A stretch of 64,000 bases of DNA from Bacteroidia bacterium Ga0077558 (GTDB lineage Bacteria > Bacteroidota > Bacteroidia > Chitinophagales > Chitinophagaceae), in assembly GCA_001464625.1 (NCBI GenBank), contig LNFJ01000094.1:22215-86214 (forward strand), read 5' to 3'. Both the position numbers and the translations under genes were made by a program. Positions 1 to 9,572 of this stretch are shown piece after piece. The notes beneath the pieces were generated by a model. The model saw only the letters and a program-made list of their open reading frames with translations, was not told the DNA's origin and ran no database searches. The stretch's first letter is position 1, and every line of letters begins with the position of its first letter.

Positions 1-617
1 GGACCGGATTCGGCAAAGGCGCCACCCGACAACTCCGCTCTCAGGAACTGGTGCCCGGTGTAATTTATGGCGGCTCTGCAGAGATCAGCTTTCATGCTCC
101 TGCTAAAGCTTTCAAAAATTTAGTCTACACCCCGAGTTTCCAGATCGCTGAAGTAAAATTAGATGGCAAAACGTACAGAACTATTCTGAAGGATTTGCAA
201 TTTGACAAAGTGGATGATAAATTGATCCACGTTGACCTACTGGAACTGGTAGAAGATAAAAAAGTGATCGCTGATATTCCATTGAAGTTTGTAGGAACTT
301 CTAAAGGTGTAAAAGACGGTGGTAAGTTAATTACCAAAATGAAATCACTGAAAGTAAAAACTTTACCTAAGTACCTGAAAGAGCAAATTGAAGTTAGCAT
401 TGACAATTTGGAATTGAATGGTAACATCAGAGTTGAAGATGTAAAATTGGACAACTACGAAATTCTTAATTCACCTCGTATTCCAATTGCTTCTGTAGTA
501 TTAACAAGACAGTTGAAACAAGAGGAAGCTGCTGCAACACCTGCTGCTAAGCCTGCTGCCGGTGCTGCTGCTCCAGCCGCTGCTGCTGCGCCTGCAAAAG
601 CTGCTGCCAAGAAGTAA
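1..617 (+). CDS. rplY: 50S ribosomal protein L25 / general stress protein Ctc (5' end cut by window edge)
   Basis: Frame 3 is open from base 3 (TGFGKGATRQLRSQELVPGVIYGG...), a typical L25/Ctc N-terminal region. The listed ORF 51..617 is only the part after an internal GTG. The C-terminal tail is Ala/Pro/Lys-rich. Confidence 0.85.
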   Translation, partial: TGFGKGATRQLRSQELVPGVIYGGSAEISFHAPAKAFKNLVYTPSFQIAEVKLDGKTYRTILKDLQFDKVDDKLIHVDLLELVEDKKVIADIPLKFVGTSKGVKDGGKLITKMKSLKVKTLPKYLKEQIEVSIDNLELNGNIRVEDVKLDNYEILNSPRIPIASVVLTRQLKQEEAAATPAAKPAAGAAAPAAAAAPAKAAAKK

Positions 618-639
618 GCATTTTTTTAAAGAATATTCA

Positions 640-672
640 AACCCGTCTCGTTTTATGCGAGACGGGTTTTTT
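640..672 (+). terminator. Rho-independent terminator after rplY
   Basis: Perfect 10-bp stem acccgtctcg / cgagacgggt (641-650 / 657-666) followed by a T run. Confidence 0.8.
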
Positions 673-709
673 AATCGGTAAACCCGATATTTGATTTAGA
701 TAAAAACAC

Positions 710-1285
710 ATGAAATTTTTAATCGTCGGATTAGGAAATATTGGTGATGAATATGCACACACAAGACATAACATTGGCTTTGATGTGGTGAATGCGTTTG
801 TACAAAAGCACCAGGCTACTTTTAAAGTTGACAGGCTTGCATATATGGCAGCTATTAAATGGAAGGGAAAACAGTTTATTTGTATTTGCCCTACCACTTA
901 TATGAACCTGAGCGGTAAAGCAGTAAAATACTGGATGGACAAAGAAAAAATTCAATTAGAGAATGTCCTGGTAATTGTGGACGAGGTGGCCATTCCGTTC
1001 AATAAATTAAGAATAAAGCCCGGAGGAAGTGATGGTGGACATAATGGATTGAAGAGTATCCAGGAATTGCTGGGTACAACTAATTATCCCAGGCTAAGAT
1101 TCGGTATCGGAAACGACTATCCCAAGGGCTTGCAGGCCGATTTTGTACTGGGAAAATGGATGAAAGAAGAGGAACCATTGGTAAAGCTTAAAATAGAGAA
1201 GTCGGTAGAAGCCATTGAATGCTTTGCCACACAAGGCATTGCAACGGCCATGAATAAGATAAATAATCAGGAGTTTTCACTATGA
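710..1285 (+). CDS. pth: peptidyl-tRNA hydrolase
   Basis: 191 aa. N-terminus MKFLIVGLGNIGDEYAHTRHNIGF and the GGHNGLKS block are characteristic of Pth. The rplY-pth adjacency is common. Confidence 0.92.
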   Translation: MKFLIVGLGNIGDEYAHTRHNIGFDVVNAFVQKHQATFKVDRLAYMAAIKWKGKQFICICPTTYMNLSGKAVKYWMDKEKIQLENVLVIVDEVAIPFNKLRIKPGGSDGGHNGLKSIQELLGTTNYPRLRFGIGNDYPKGLQADFVLGKWMKEEEPLVKLKIEKSVEAIECFATQGIATAMNKINNQEFSL

Positions 1286-1435
1286 TAAATCAGATTGATT
1301 ACTTACTTTAGCTGCCCGACCGGCGATAATCGCTACGAATCCAATAGACTTACTGATAGCCACCTGAATATATGGGATAAACAGCCGTATGAGCAATGTA
1401 TCCGATGTATTTACTAAAACCACCACCTTTCGTTT

Positions 1436-2047
1436 ATGAAAATCTTTTGTGTTGGACGAAACTATGTAGCACATGCTGAAGAATTAGGCAATGAGGTTCC
1501 AGATGAACCTGTGATATTTATGAAGCCTAAAAGCGCCATGTTGCAGCCACATACACCTTTTTATTACCCTGAATTTACCAATGAACTTCACTATGAGTGT
1601 GAGCTGGTATTGCGTATCAGTAAAAATGGTAAATACATCCAGGAAAAATTTGCCAGTAAATATTATGATGCTATTACTGCAGGTATTGATTTTACGGCAA
1701 GGGATATACAAAACCAGTTAAAAGAAAAAGGGCTCCCTTGGGAAAAAGCGAAAGCCTGGGATAATTCTGCTGTAATTGGCAAGTGGACACCGCTTACCAA
1801 TATTAAAAACAAGAAAGACATCAATTTCTGTTTATACAAAAACAAAGAACTCGTTCAACAAAGCAATTCATCGATGATGATTCACAATTTTGATGAAATT
1901 GTAGCCTATATTTCGAACTACTTCTCTGTGAATATTGGCGATGTAATTTTTACGGGTACTCCTGCCGGCGTAGGTGAGGTTGTAGTGGGGGATGAACTGG
2001 AAGGCTTTATTGAAGATGATAGCATGTTTACACTGGAAGTAAAATAA
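1436..2047 (+). CDS. fumarylacetoacetate hydrolase (FAH) family protein
   Basis: 203 aa. MKIFCVGRNYVAHAEELGNEVPDEPVIFMKPKSA and the C-terminal GDVIFTGTPAGVG are typical of the FAH / 2-keto-4-pentenoate hydratase family. Confidence 0.85.
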   Translation: MKIFCVGRNYVAHAEELGNEVPDEPVIFMKPKSAMLQPHTPFYYPEFTNELHYECELVLRISKNGKYIQEKFASKYYDAITAGIDFTARDIQNQLKEKGLPWEKAKAWDNSAVIGKWTPLTNIKNKKDINFCLYKNKELVQQSNSSMMIHNFDEIVAYISNYFSVNIGDVIFTGTPAGVGEVVVGDELEGFIEDDSMFTLEVK

Positions 2048-2100
2048 AAGCAGCATGGCGGTTAATATCCGGCCATGCAAGCGAAACCAACTGCAACAAG

Positions 2101-2137
2101 AAGGCCATTCTGGTAAAACAGGATGGCCTTTCTTTAT
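2101..2137 (+). terminator. probable Rho-independent terminator
   Basis: Stem aaggccattctg / caggatggcctt (one G-U pair) with a 6-nt loop, followed by tctttat. Confidence 0.6.
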
Positions 2138-2213
2138 AAAGTTAAGATAGCTGCGAAATAAATTGCTCTACCGGGTTTCCCTTAAATTTGTTAGTTATTA
2201 TTGCTTGCTGCAA

Positions 2214-4268
2214 ATGATCGATACAACTATTTTATTGAAAGCTTACCGCCTGATGAGTCAGGTAAAAGCAATGGCTGAAACATATGAAGCCAACCGTTCT
2301 ACCTGTAAATATGTTCACTCTACTTCAAGAGGCCATGAAGCTATACAATTAGCCACGGCATTTCAATTACAGCAACAAGATTTTGTAAGTCCATATTACC
2401 GGGATGAAAGTCTCATTATGGGTATTGGCTTTTCTCCATACGAGCAAATGCTACAATTGCTGGCCAAAGGCAATGATATTTTTACTGGTGGCCGGGAATA
2501 TTATTCGCATCCAAATTATCGTGGCAATGATAAGCCAACCATGATACACCAAAGCAGTGCAACGGGTATGCAGGCGATACCAACAACAGGGGTAGCGCAA
2601 GGGGTTAAATACAAAGAGCAACAGAAATCCAACAATTCTTCCATAGAAGGGCCAGTTGTTATCTGTTCTCTCGGCGATGCAAGTATTACCGAAGGCGAAG
2701 TAAGTGAGGCCTTTCAATTTGCAGTATTAAAACAACTCCCGATTATATATTTAGTACAGGATAATAACTGGGGCATAAGTGTAACCGCAGAAGAAGCAAG
2801 AGCGATGAATGCTTTTGAATTTGCAGCTGGTTTTAAAGGGATGAACAGGGTACAGGTGGATGGTAGTGATTTTGAAGCATCCTTTTTAGTAATGAAAGAT
2901 GTAGTAGAGTTTGTACGGAGCGAAAGAAAACCATATCTCGTTCATGCACAAGTGCCGTTACTGGGCCATCATACAAGTGGAGTAAGAAAAGAATTTTACA
3001 GAACCGATACAGATTGGGAAAAACATTTACAAGATGATCCCCATCCAAAACTTAGGAAAAAATTATTGGAGAGAGGCGTAAGTGAAAATGATTTAATGCA
3101 AATAGAAAAGGAAGCAGCAGAATTAGTGGCAAATGATTTTGCAAAAGCAGTTGCTTCGCCAGAACCTGATGCAGCAACGGTGATGGAGCATGTATTTGCA
3201 CCAACAACTATTACTGAGGAGAAAGGAGAGAGGAATCCCACAGGCTCCGCAAAAATTGTGATGGTGGATGCGGCTCTATTTGCTATTCGGGAAATAATGG
3301 AACAACATCCAGAATCAGTGTTATACGGACAAGATGTTGGAAAAAGATTAGGCGGCGTTTTTAGAGAAGCTGCAACACTGGGAGAGCAGTTTGGTGAGAA
3401 TAGAGTTTTTAATACTGCTATACAAGAAGCATATGTTGTGGGTTCAACAGTAGGTATGAGTGCGGTGGGTTTAAAACCAATTGTGGAAGTGCAGTTTGCT
3501 GATTATATCTACCCGGGTTTTAATCAACTCGTAACAGAAGTTTCTAAAAGTTGCTATCTCACTTGCGGAAAATTTCCAGTGTCAATGATATTGCGGGTGC
3601 CGGTTGGTGCTTATGGTGGTGGAGGTCCTTATCATAGTGGCAGTGTAGAAACAACAGTGCTTTCTATCAAAGGAATTAAAGTGGCTTATCCTTCCAATGC
3701 TGCGGACATGAAAGGATTAATGAAAGCAGCTTACTATGATCCGAACCCGGTTGTGATGCTGGAGCATAAAGGACTTTACTGGAGTAAAGTACCCGGAACC
3801 GAAGATGCAAAAACAGCAGAGCCTGATAAAAATTATATTTTACCATTTGGTAAAGCCAATATTATTCTCAATGCATCTGCATCTGCTATTGCCAATGGTG
3901 AAAGCTGTGTAGTGATCACTTATGGAATGGGAGTGTATTGGGCAAAGGCGGCTGCAAAGAATTTTAACCAGCAAATTGAAGTGGTTGATCTGCGAACATT
4001 ATTCCCACTGGATGAAGAACTGGTATTTGAAAGAGTGAAAGCACATGGAAAATGTTTGGTACTTACAGAAGAACAGCAAAATAATTCATTTGCTGAATCA
4101 TTGGCAGGAAGAATTTCTAAAAATTGCTTTCAATCGTTAGATGCAGCGGTAGAAGTTTTAGGTGCATTAAATACTCCTGCTGTGCCGATGAATATGATTT
4201 TGGAGCAGGCAATGTTGCCGAATGCGGAGAAGGTAACGGCTGTGTTGAAGCAATTGTTGAATTCCTGA
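2214..4268 (+). CDS. 2-oxoacid (branched-chain type) dehydrogenase E1 component, fused alpha/beta subunits
   Basis: The N-terminal half resembles a TPP-binding E1 alpha (GDASITEGE, NNWGIS). The C-terminal half resembles E1 beta (QDVGKRLGGVFR, EVQFADYIYPGFNQL). The listed ORF begins at a TTG (2163); the in-frame ATG at 2214 (MIDTTILLKAY) is the more likely start. Confidence 0.85.
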   Translation: MIDTTILLKAYRLMSQVKAMAETYEANRSTCKYVHSTSRGHEAIQLATAFQLQQQDFVSPYYRDESLIMGIGFSPYEQMLQLLAKGNDIFTGGREYYSHPNYRGNDKPTMIHQSSATGMQAIPTTGVAQGVKYKEQQKSNNSSIEGPVVICSLGDASITEGEVSEAFQFAVLKQLPIIYLVQDNNWGISVTAEEARAMNAFEFAAGFKGMNRVQVDGSDFEASFLVMKDVVEFVRSERKPYLVHAQVPLLGHHTSGVRKEFYRTDTDWEKHLQDDPHPKLRKKLLERGVSENDLMQIEKEAAELVANDFAKAVASPEPDAATVMEHVFAPTTITEEKGERNPTGSAKIVMVDAALFAIREIMEQHPESVLYGQDVGKRLGGVFREAATLGEQFGENRVFNTAIQEAYVVGSTVGMSAVGLKPIVEVQFADYIYPGFNQLVTEVSKSCYLTCGKFPVSMILRVPVGAYGGGGPYHSGSVETTVLSIKGIKVAYPSNAADMKGLMKAAYYDPNPVVMLEHKGLYWSKVPGTEDAKTAEPDKNYILPFGKANIILNASASAIANGESCVVITYGMGVYWAKAAAKNFNQQIEVVDLRTLFPLDEELVFERVKAHGKCLVLTEEQQNNSFAESLAGRISKNCFQSLDAAVEVLGALNTPAVPMNMILEQAMLPNAEKVTAVLKQLLNS

Positions 4269-4295
4269 TAAATTTTGTTATCATCGTTCGGTTCC

Positions 4296-4407
4296 TTTGC
4301 TATGCGAAACTTTCAGTTTCGCAGTTTTATTCTATCGCCTTTGGCGATAATGCAATTGCCGGAGGCAATAAAATAAAAATGCGGGGCTGCAAGCCTCGCA
4401 TAGCAAA
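4296..4407. repeat. composite palindromic intergenic element (outer 12-bp inverted repeat enclosing four short hairpins)
   Basis: tttgctatgcga (4296-4307) is the exact reverse complement of tcgcatagcaaa (4396-4407). The internal hairpins are tgcgaaac/gtttcgca, tatcgcc/ggcgata, attgcc/ggcaat and atgcgggg/cctcgcat. Confidence 0.6.
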
Positions 4408-4801
4408 TGTATTCATAATTTTTTTTTCTATAAGCTACAACAATTGATATTGGGAATAGTACTAAATAGCATAAGGTAGGAAAAATAAATAGAAAATAAT
4501 TAAACCTATCAAAAGGGAATGAGAAAAATATTTTTACTATCGGCAGTAATAATAAAATGTATGCTATAATTTCAATTACTAAAGTTAACCTTGACTTTTC
4601 ATTGAAAGAAGCAATCATTAATGCAATTAAAGAAATATCTGCAAGTAAGATTAACACTCTCATTAGAGGTTCGGCTTCAAACAAACCTGTGAACAAAAAG
4701 AGGCCAAACGGAATTAAAATCATTGAGCCTTGCAAGAAAATGAAAAAATAAGCTAATAAGGCAAATACTCGCATAGAATTTTTTGCATATTTTTCAACCA
4801 A
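4313..4801 (-). CDS. hypothetical integral membrane protein
   Basis: 162-aa ORF with about four hydrophobic helices. The last ~30 codons run into the palindromic element at 4296-4407, so the true C-terminus is uncertain. I recognise no family. Confidence 0.5.
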   Translation of the reverse strand: MVEKYAKNSMRVFALLAYFFIFLQGSMILIPFGLFLFTGLFEAEPLMRVLILLADISLIALMIASFNEKSRLTLVIEIIAYILLLLPIVKIFFSFPFDRFNYFLFIFPTLCYLVLFPISIVVAYRKKNYEYICYARLAAPHFYFIASGNCIIAKGDRIKLRN

Positions 4802-4864
4802 GAAAATGTTATAACAGATGGTATTCGAAAATTAATAACCATTTATTTAAGAATATCCGAGTAG

Positions 4865-6715
4865 TTATCCCTTCAAATTCAATTTTATCTGCAACTCTTC
4901 AAACTGCTTTTCATCAATCGTAGCAGGTGCATCCAACATTACATCTCTACCAGAATTGTTTTTTGGAAAAGCAATAAAGTCACGGATGCTTTCGCTGCCA
5001 CCGAGTATAGCACACAGCCTATCAAAACCAAAAGCAATACCACCATGCGGTGGTGCACCATATTCAAAAGCACCGAGAAGGAAACCAAACTTGTGTAATT
5101 GTTCTTCTTCATTCATACCGAGTGCTGCAAACATTTTTTCCTGCAACTCTCTTTGGAAAATTCGGATGGAGCCTCCGCCAATTTCATTCCCGTTCAATAC
5201 CATGTCATACGCATTGGCTTTGATGTTGGCATAAGGATGTTCCAGGTATTTATCTAAGTTCTCTACTTTGGGCGAATTGTTAATCATTGTATCAACATCA
5301 GAAGGCCTTGGACTGGTAAAAGGATGATGCCTTGCTACCCATCGGCCAGCGCCGCCACCGTCCTGATCTTCCAACGCAAATTCAAACAATGGGAATTCCA
5401 GTACCCATAGTAATTTGAATTCATCTTTTTTGCGTAGCGATAATTTATCAGCCATATACATACGTAAATCGCTGATAGCTTTTCTCGTTCTTTCTTCTGC
5501 GCCGGCCAATATTAAAATCAAATCACCGGCTTTTGCATTTGCTGCATCAGCAATGGCTTTTAATTTTTCTTCGCTATAAAATTTGTCTACACTGCTTTTA
5601 TAGGTTCCGTCGGCATTTACTTTTATAAATACCAACCCTTTCATTCCGATCTGCGGACGTTTTACCCATTCCGTTAATTCATCGGTTTGTTTGCGACTGT
5701 ATTCGCTGCAACCTGGTACTGCAATAGCAACTACTGTTTCGGCTTCATCAAATACTTTGAAGTCGGCTCCATTTATAAGTGCAGCATTATCCTGTTTATC
5801 TGTATAAACGGTGGAAGGTTTTTTCAGGTTCAGCACTTTCATGTCGAAGCGAATATCTGGTTTGTCATTGCCATAATTCCACATCGCATCCTCCCAGGTC
5901 ATCCGTTGCACTGTTTCTGTATAGTCAATCCCTTTTACATCTTTGAAGATCGATTTTATCATGCCTTCAAACATGTTCAGAATATCTTCCTGTTCTACAA
6001 ATGCCATTTCACAGTCAATCTGTGTAAACTCTGGCTGGCGATCGGCTCTCAGATCCTCATCCCGGAAACATTTTACAATTTGATAGTAACGGTCATAACC
6101 ACTAACCATTAATAATTGTTTGAATGTTTGTGGCGATTGTGGCAATGCGTAAAACTGCCCGGCATTCATTCTTGATGGAACTACAAAATCTCTTGCACCT
6201 TCTGGTGTTGATTTAATAAGAAACGGAGTTTCTATATCCATGAAATTATGCTGGTGTAAATAATTTCTGGCGGCACGGTTTACGGCGTAGCGTAGTTCCA
6301 GATTTTTCTTCACTGCATTTCTGCGCAGATCAAGAAAACGATATTTCATGCGAAGGTCATCGCCACCATCTGTATCATCCTGTATAGTGAACGGTGGTAC
6401 CGCTGATTTGTTTAATATTTTAAATGCCGTAACGGTAATCTCAATTTCACCAGTTGGTATGTTTGGATTCTTATTGCTGCGTTCGCTTACAACACCTGTT
6501 GCTTGTAATACAAACTCACGGCCCAACGGATTTTCATCCAGTTGTTTGGAAAGGTCTTCACCAATTAGTAACTGGGTAATGCCGTAGCGGTCACGCAGAT
6601 CAACAAAAGTGATGGCAGTTCCTAATTTTCTAACGGTTTGCACCCAGCCTGCCAAAGTGACTTCAGTGCCTTTTTGTGCTAATCTTAATTCGCCACATGT
6701 GTAAGTTCTGTACAT
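4865..6715 (-). CDS. aspS: aspartate--tRNA ligase
   Basis: 616 aa. It has an OB-fold N-terminus ([11 protein letters not shown]...VTLAGWV) and the class II motifs [18 protein letters not shown] and GGGSIRI...[12 protein letters not shown]. Confidence 0.95.
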   Translation of the reverse strand: MYRTYTCGELRLAQKGTEVTLAGWVQTVRKLGTAITFVDLRDRYGITQLLIGEDLSKQLDENPLGREFVLQATGVVSERSNKNPNIPTGEIEITVTAFKILNKSAVPPFTIQDDTDGGDDLRMKYRFLDLRRNAVKKNLELRYAVNRAARNYLHQHNFMDIETPFLIKSTPEGARDFVVPSRMNAGQFYALPQSPQTFKQLLMVSGYDRYYQIVKCFRDEDLRADRQPEFTQIDCEMAFVEQEDILNMFEGMIKSIFKDVKGIDYTETVQRMTWEDAMWNYGNDKPDIRFDMKVLNLKKPSTVYTDKQDNAALINGADFKVFDEAETVVAIAVPGCSEYSRKQTDELTEWVKRPQIGMKGLVFIKVNADGTYKSSVDKFYSEEKLKAIADAANAKAGDLILILAGAEERTRKAISDLRMYMADKLSLRKKDEFKLLWVLEFPLFEFALEDQDGGGAGRWVARHHPFTSPRPSDVDTMINNSPKVENLDKYLEHPYANIKANAYDMVLNGNEIGGGSIRIFQRELQEKMFAALGMNEEEQLHKFGFLLGAFEYGAPPHGGIAFGFDRLCAILGGSESIRDFIAFPKNNSGRDVMLDAPATIDEKQFEELQIKLNLKG

Positions 6716-6786
6716 AGTTGTAAACTTCTAAATTAATCTATCGCATTACTGAATGACCGAGTTTTATCGGGGTGCTGCAATATGCG

Positions 6787-6850
6787 GAATAGAATTACTG
6801 CAGTACAAGAGTGCGACGCAACAGCCGATGCTAGTAGTAAAGTCGCTGGG
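6787..6850 (+). repeat. short intergenic repeat, copy 1 (GAATAG-N18-GTGCGAC family)
   Basis: gaatagaattactgcagtacaagaGTGCGACgcaac...gtcgctgg. It shares its left half with copy 41226-41262 and its right half with the inverted copy 26411-26477. The gaatag-to-gtgc spacing is 24 nt in all three. Confidence 0.55.
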
Positions 6851-6885
6851 TAAATAATTGTATTTATCCGCTCTTCAATCGGCGG

Positions 6886-6893
6886 CAAAGATA
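6886..6893 (-). promoter_or_regulatory. candidate -7 promoter box (TATCTTTG) upstream of aspS
   Basis: Exact match to the Bacteroidetes TAnnTTTG -7 consensus on the minus strand, about 170 nt upstream of the aspS ATG. The repeat copy lies between them. Confidence 0.35.
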
Positions 6894-6974
6894 GCAATGC
6901 AGCCCCTATTTTCAGGGGTTTTCAGGCTGTTTTAGAGAAGGCACTTATATTCGCAATGAAGTAGTTACAAGTAA

Positions 6975-7952
6975 ATGCCACCGCCAGATACAATTTACAT
7001 TCCGGGACAAACAGGGCCGCCTCCACGAACCGGGAATTATTATATTGACTCCGTTGTGCAATCCCATTGGAAGGAAAAGGATAGCCATTTATACCAAGCG
7101 GCAAAAGTGGGAGAGGGAGGTTCTTTGTCGGTAGGAGAAATTTTCTGGATGTTATTGTTTGGATTCGTTTTGATAGCAATGAATACGGGTTTGGGGAGGT
7201 TTCCAGAATTAATACGAAAAAGAAAAAGAGAAAAAGCTGCCCGGAAACTAATTGAAGCGTTTGGATTGAAGTATCACAACTGGCTTTTTGCTTATAATCC
7301 TTATTATAAATCTTTATCGGAAGAGAACCGGTTACGTTTTTTACAGCGAACAATTGCTTTTGCCAATGCAAAAGAATTTCGTTTTCACTATTTGAATGCG
7401 GAGGAATACATTCCGATATTAATAAGCGGAGCTGCAGTGCAACTTACTTTTGGTTTGCATAATTACATGCTGAACCATTTTCCTACCATTCATATTGTGC
7501 GCAAGGAATATGTACGACAGGCAGATGATGAAACATATTACGGGCATGTAAGCAGAAGTGATATTTATATTTCCTGGAATCATTTTTTAGCAGGGTATCA
7601 TGATTATGAAGATTCCGTAAATGTGGGCTTACATGAAATGGCACATGCACTTCAGTTTGATGCTTATCTGGGATTTGAGGATTCGAGAGATCGTAATTTT
7701 AAAGAACGATTGAATGATTTTTCAGCGGAGGGAAGGCCCATTTTCCGAGCCATGCGGGAAGGAATGAGCCATGTATTGGATGATTATGCGATGACCAATT
7801 TTGATGAATTTTGGGCAGTGTCTGTTGAAACCTTTTTTGAAAATCCAGGAGGATTTAAAGAACGATTGCCTGTACTGTACCAGGAAATGTGTGAGCTGCT
7901 TAATCAGGATCCGTTATTGCTTCACAAGGTTATTGATCCTGACCTACTCTGA
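6975..7952 (+). CDS. zinc-dependent peptidase, MtfA-like (M90 family)
   Basis: HEMAHAL zinc motif, a downstream DEFWAVSVETFFE block typical of MtfA-like proteins, and an N-terminal hydrophobic helix. The start codon is uncertain (an alternative Met lies near residue 58). Confidence 0.7.
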   Translation: MPPPDTIYIPGQTGPPPRTGNYYIDSVVQSHWKEKDSHLYQAAKVGEGGSLSVGEIFWMLLFGFVLIAMNTGLGRFPELIRKRKREKAARKLIEAFGLKYHNWLFAYNPYYKSLSEENRLRFLQRTIAFANAKEFRFHYLNAEEYIPILISGAAVQLTFGLHNYMLNHFPTIHIVRKEYVRQADDETYYGHVSRSDIYISWNHFLAGYHDYEDSVNVGLHEMAHALQFDAYLGFEDSRDRNFKERLNDFSAEGRPIFRAMREGMSHVLDDYAMTNFDEFWAVSVETFFENPGGFKERLPVLYQEMCELLNQDPLLLHKVIDPDLL

Positions 7953-7965
7953 TGGCTATTTACTT

Positions 7966-8376
7966 TTACATTGTTACCGGGTGTTTCAATTTTAATTCAC
8001 GGGGACGTTGAACTGCATAATAATATAGCAATATAAGGACCCCGATAAAAAATGGAATTAATGCAATGTGTTTTCCTGTAAACTCTCTCCAGATAATTAG
8101 TTGATCAAAATGAAAAAACTCACTTATCATCCAATAACCGTTAGCGCATATCCAAAATGTAATGGCAAGGTTATGCGCCAACTCTGCCTTCACTTGCCGG
8201 TTCTGCCAGGAGATAATAATAGCAATAATTAAAGTTGGGGCAAACATGGCCAAAGCCAGCTCCCGCCATATCATGCACCAACTAATATCTTTTACTAGCC
8301 AGAAAACGATGTGCATATTTTCCATACGTCTGTATCTTGCAGGAATGATGTATTGTCTTTCGTTAGCTTGATTCAT
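7966..8376 (-). CDS. hypothetical integral membrane protein
   Basis: 136 aa with four predicted hydrophobic helices. No recognised motif. Confidence 0.55.
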   Translation of the reverse strand: MNQANERQYIIPARYRRMENMHIVFWLVKDISWCMIWRELALAMFAPTLIIAIIISWQNRQVKAELAHNLAITFWICANGYWMISEFFHFDQLIIWREFTGKHIALIPFFIGVLILLYYYAVQRPRELKLKHPVTM

Positions 8377-8400
8377 TGGTAATTTGTTAGCTGGAGAAAG

Positions 8401-9465
8401 TTAAGAAATATTGCGGGAAAGAATTTTGCTAAAGCGATTTACATCCGCTTCTGAATTGATTGGTTCGTTGTGCACTAAATGATTTGCTAATTGCTTTGCA
8501 AAAAATGGCGCCAGTGAGCAGCCTTTTGTTCCCATCCCATTTAGTATCCCAATCGAAGGATGCAAGGGATGAAAACCAACGAAAGGCCTTCGTTCCAATG
8601 TAGCGGGACGAATGCCACACAGGTGATCGATAATTTTGAAAGGAACTTTTAGCCAATGATTTAAAAGCTGTTCTGTTTTGATATAAAATTCTTGCGTTGG
8701 ATTTTCATTGTTAAACTCCCACGCATAATTGGAACCAACCCACCATTGCCCCGGCGTAGCTAATGGAACGAGCATCATTCCTTTTTTATAAATATGGGTA
8801 GGAGATAGGTCTGAAGCTTCAATCAATAGCATTTCTCCTTTGTTGGGAGCAAATGGTAATAGACTAAAATATGGATTAGTGCCACTACTGTTTCCATCGC
8901 AGAATATAATTTTATTAGCTGTTACGTTTTTATAGTGAATTTTATCTGCGACATTTAATTGGGTGATATCAAATTCTTCTTCCAATAACTGTTCATTTGT
9001 TATTAGTTGTTTGCGCCATGCAGGTAGTAATGTATCAAGATGAACAGTATAAACGGGTTTTATTTCTCCGCATCCAAAATCATAGTTGAATTGATTTAGA
9101 AAATAATTTTGTTCCGGGTAGCTGCTAACATAATCTAATTTTTCTTCTACCCGCTGCATAAAACTTTGCCGCATTTGGGGGCTGGGAAAAAAGTCAATGA
9201 TATTTTTTTGAGAAAGAGCTGTAATAGCTAACTCATTTCCAATTTGTAAATAAGCACCCAATGCAAAAGGAAGAATCTCTTTTGCCATCCACACTTCTAC
9301 ATGGCGACGGCCGGTAACAGGGTTGATAATTCCGGCAGCAATTCTGGATGAAGCAAGCCTGTAATGATTATCAATTACAAGAAAAGATTTTTTTTCTTTT
9401 TGTAGGAAATAACTGAGCCATGTGCCTGATATTCCTTGACCGATGATTAAATAGTCAACTTGCAT
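8401..9465 (-). CDS. FAD-dependent oxidoreductase (DAO family)
   Basis: N-terminal dinucleotide-binding motif DYLIIGQGISG. Length and C-terminal GxGxxG-like segment NGMGTKG are typical of glycine/D-amino-acid oxidase-like enzymes. Confidence 0.8.
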   Translation of the reverse strand: MQVDYLIIGQGISGTWLSYFLQKEKKSFLVIDNHYRLASSRIAAGIINPVTGRRHVEVWMAKEILPFALGAYLQIGNELAITALSQKNIIDFFPSPQMRQSFMQRVEEKLDYVSSYPEQNYFLNQFNYDFGCGEIKPVYTVHLDTLLPAWRKQLITNEQLLEEEFDITQLNVADKIHYKNVTANKIIFCDGNSSGTNPYFSLLPFAPNKGEMLLIEASDLSPTHIYKKGMMLVPLATPGQWWVGSNYAWEFNNENPTQEFYIKTEQLLNHWLKVPFKIIDHLCGIRPATLERRPFVGFHPLHPSIGILNGMGTKGCSLAPFFAKQLANHLVHNEPINSEADVNRFSKILSRNIS

Positions 9466-9480
9466 TTTACAAAAATAGGC

Positions 9481-9569
9481 TTTGGGCTAAAGCCCTTAGC
9501 AGTAAATAAATTGCCCCGGCATTAATGCCGGGGCAATGAAAATAGAATTTATATGGGCTTTAGCCCAAA
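9481..9569. repeat. composite palindromic element (15-bp inverted arms flanking a 10-bp-stem hairpin)
   Basis: tttgggctaaagccc (9481-9495) is the exact reverse complement of gggctttagcccaaa (9555-9569). The central hairpin ttgccccggc/gccggggcaa (9511-9536) probably also acts as terminator of the alpha-2-macroglobulin gene. Confidence 0.65.
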
Positions 9570-9572
9570 AGA

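Noticed and set aside
4124-4447. 107-aa plus-strand ORF running from the end of the E1 gene through the palindromic element
   Set aside because: It overlaps the well-supported E1 C-terminus in another frame and is otherwise encoded by hairpin repeats.
5687-6112. 141-aa plus-strand ORF inside aspS. Similar long antisense ORFs occur at 6922..7371, 25951..26343, 27073..27453, 38165..38536, 54255..54590 and 54999..55343.
   Set aside because: All lie wholly within, and antisense to, ORFs with strong family signatures. Their products are low-complexity or implausible, so they are treated as spurious.
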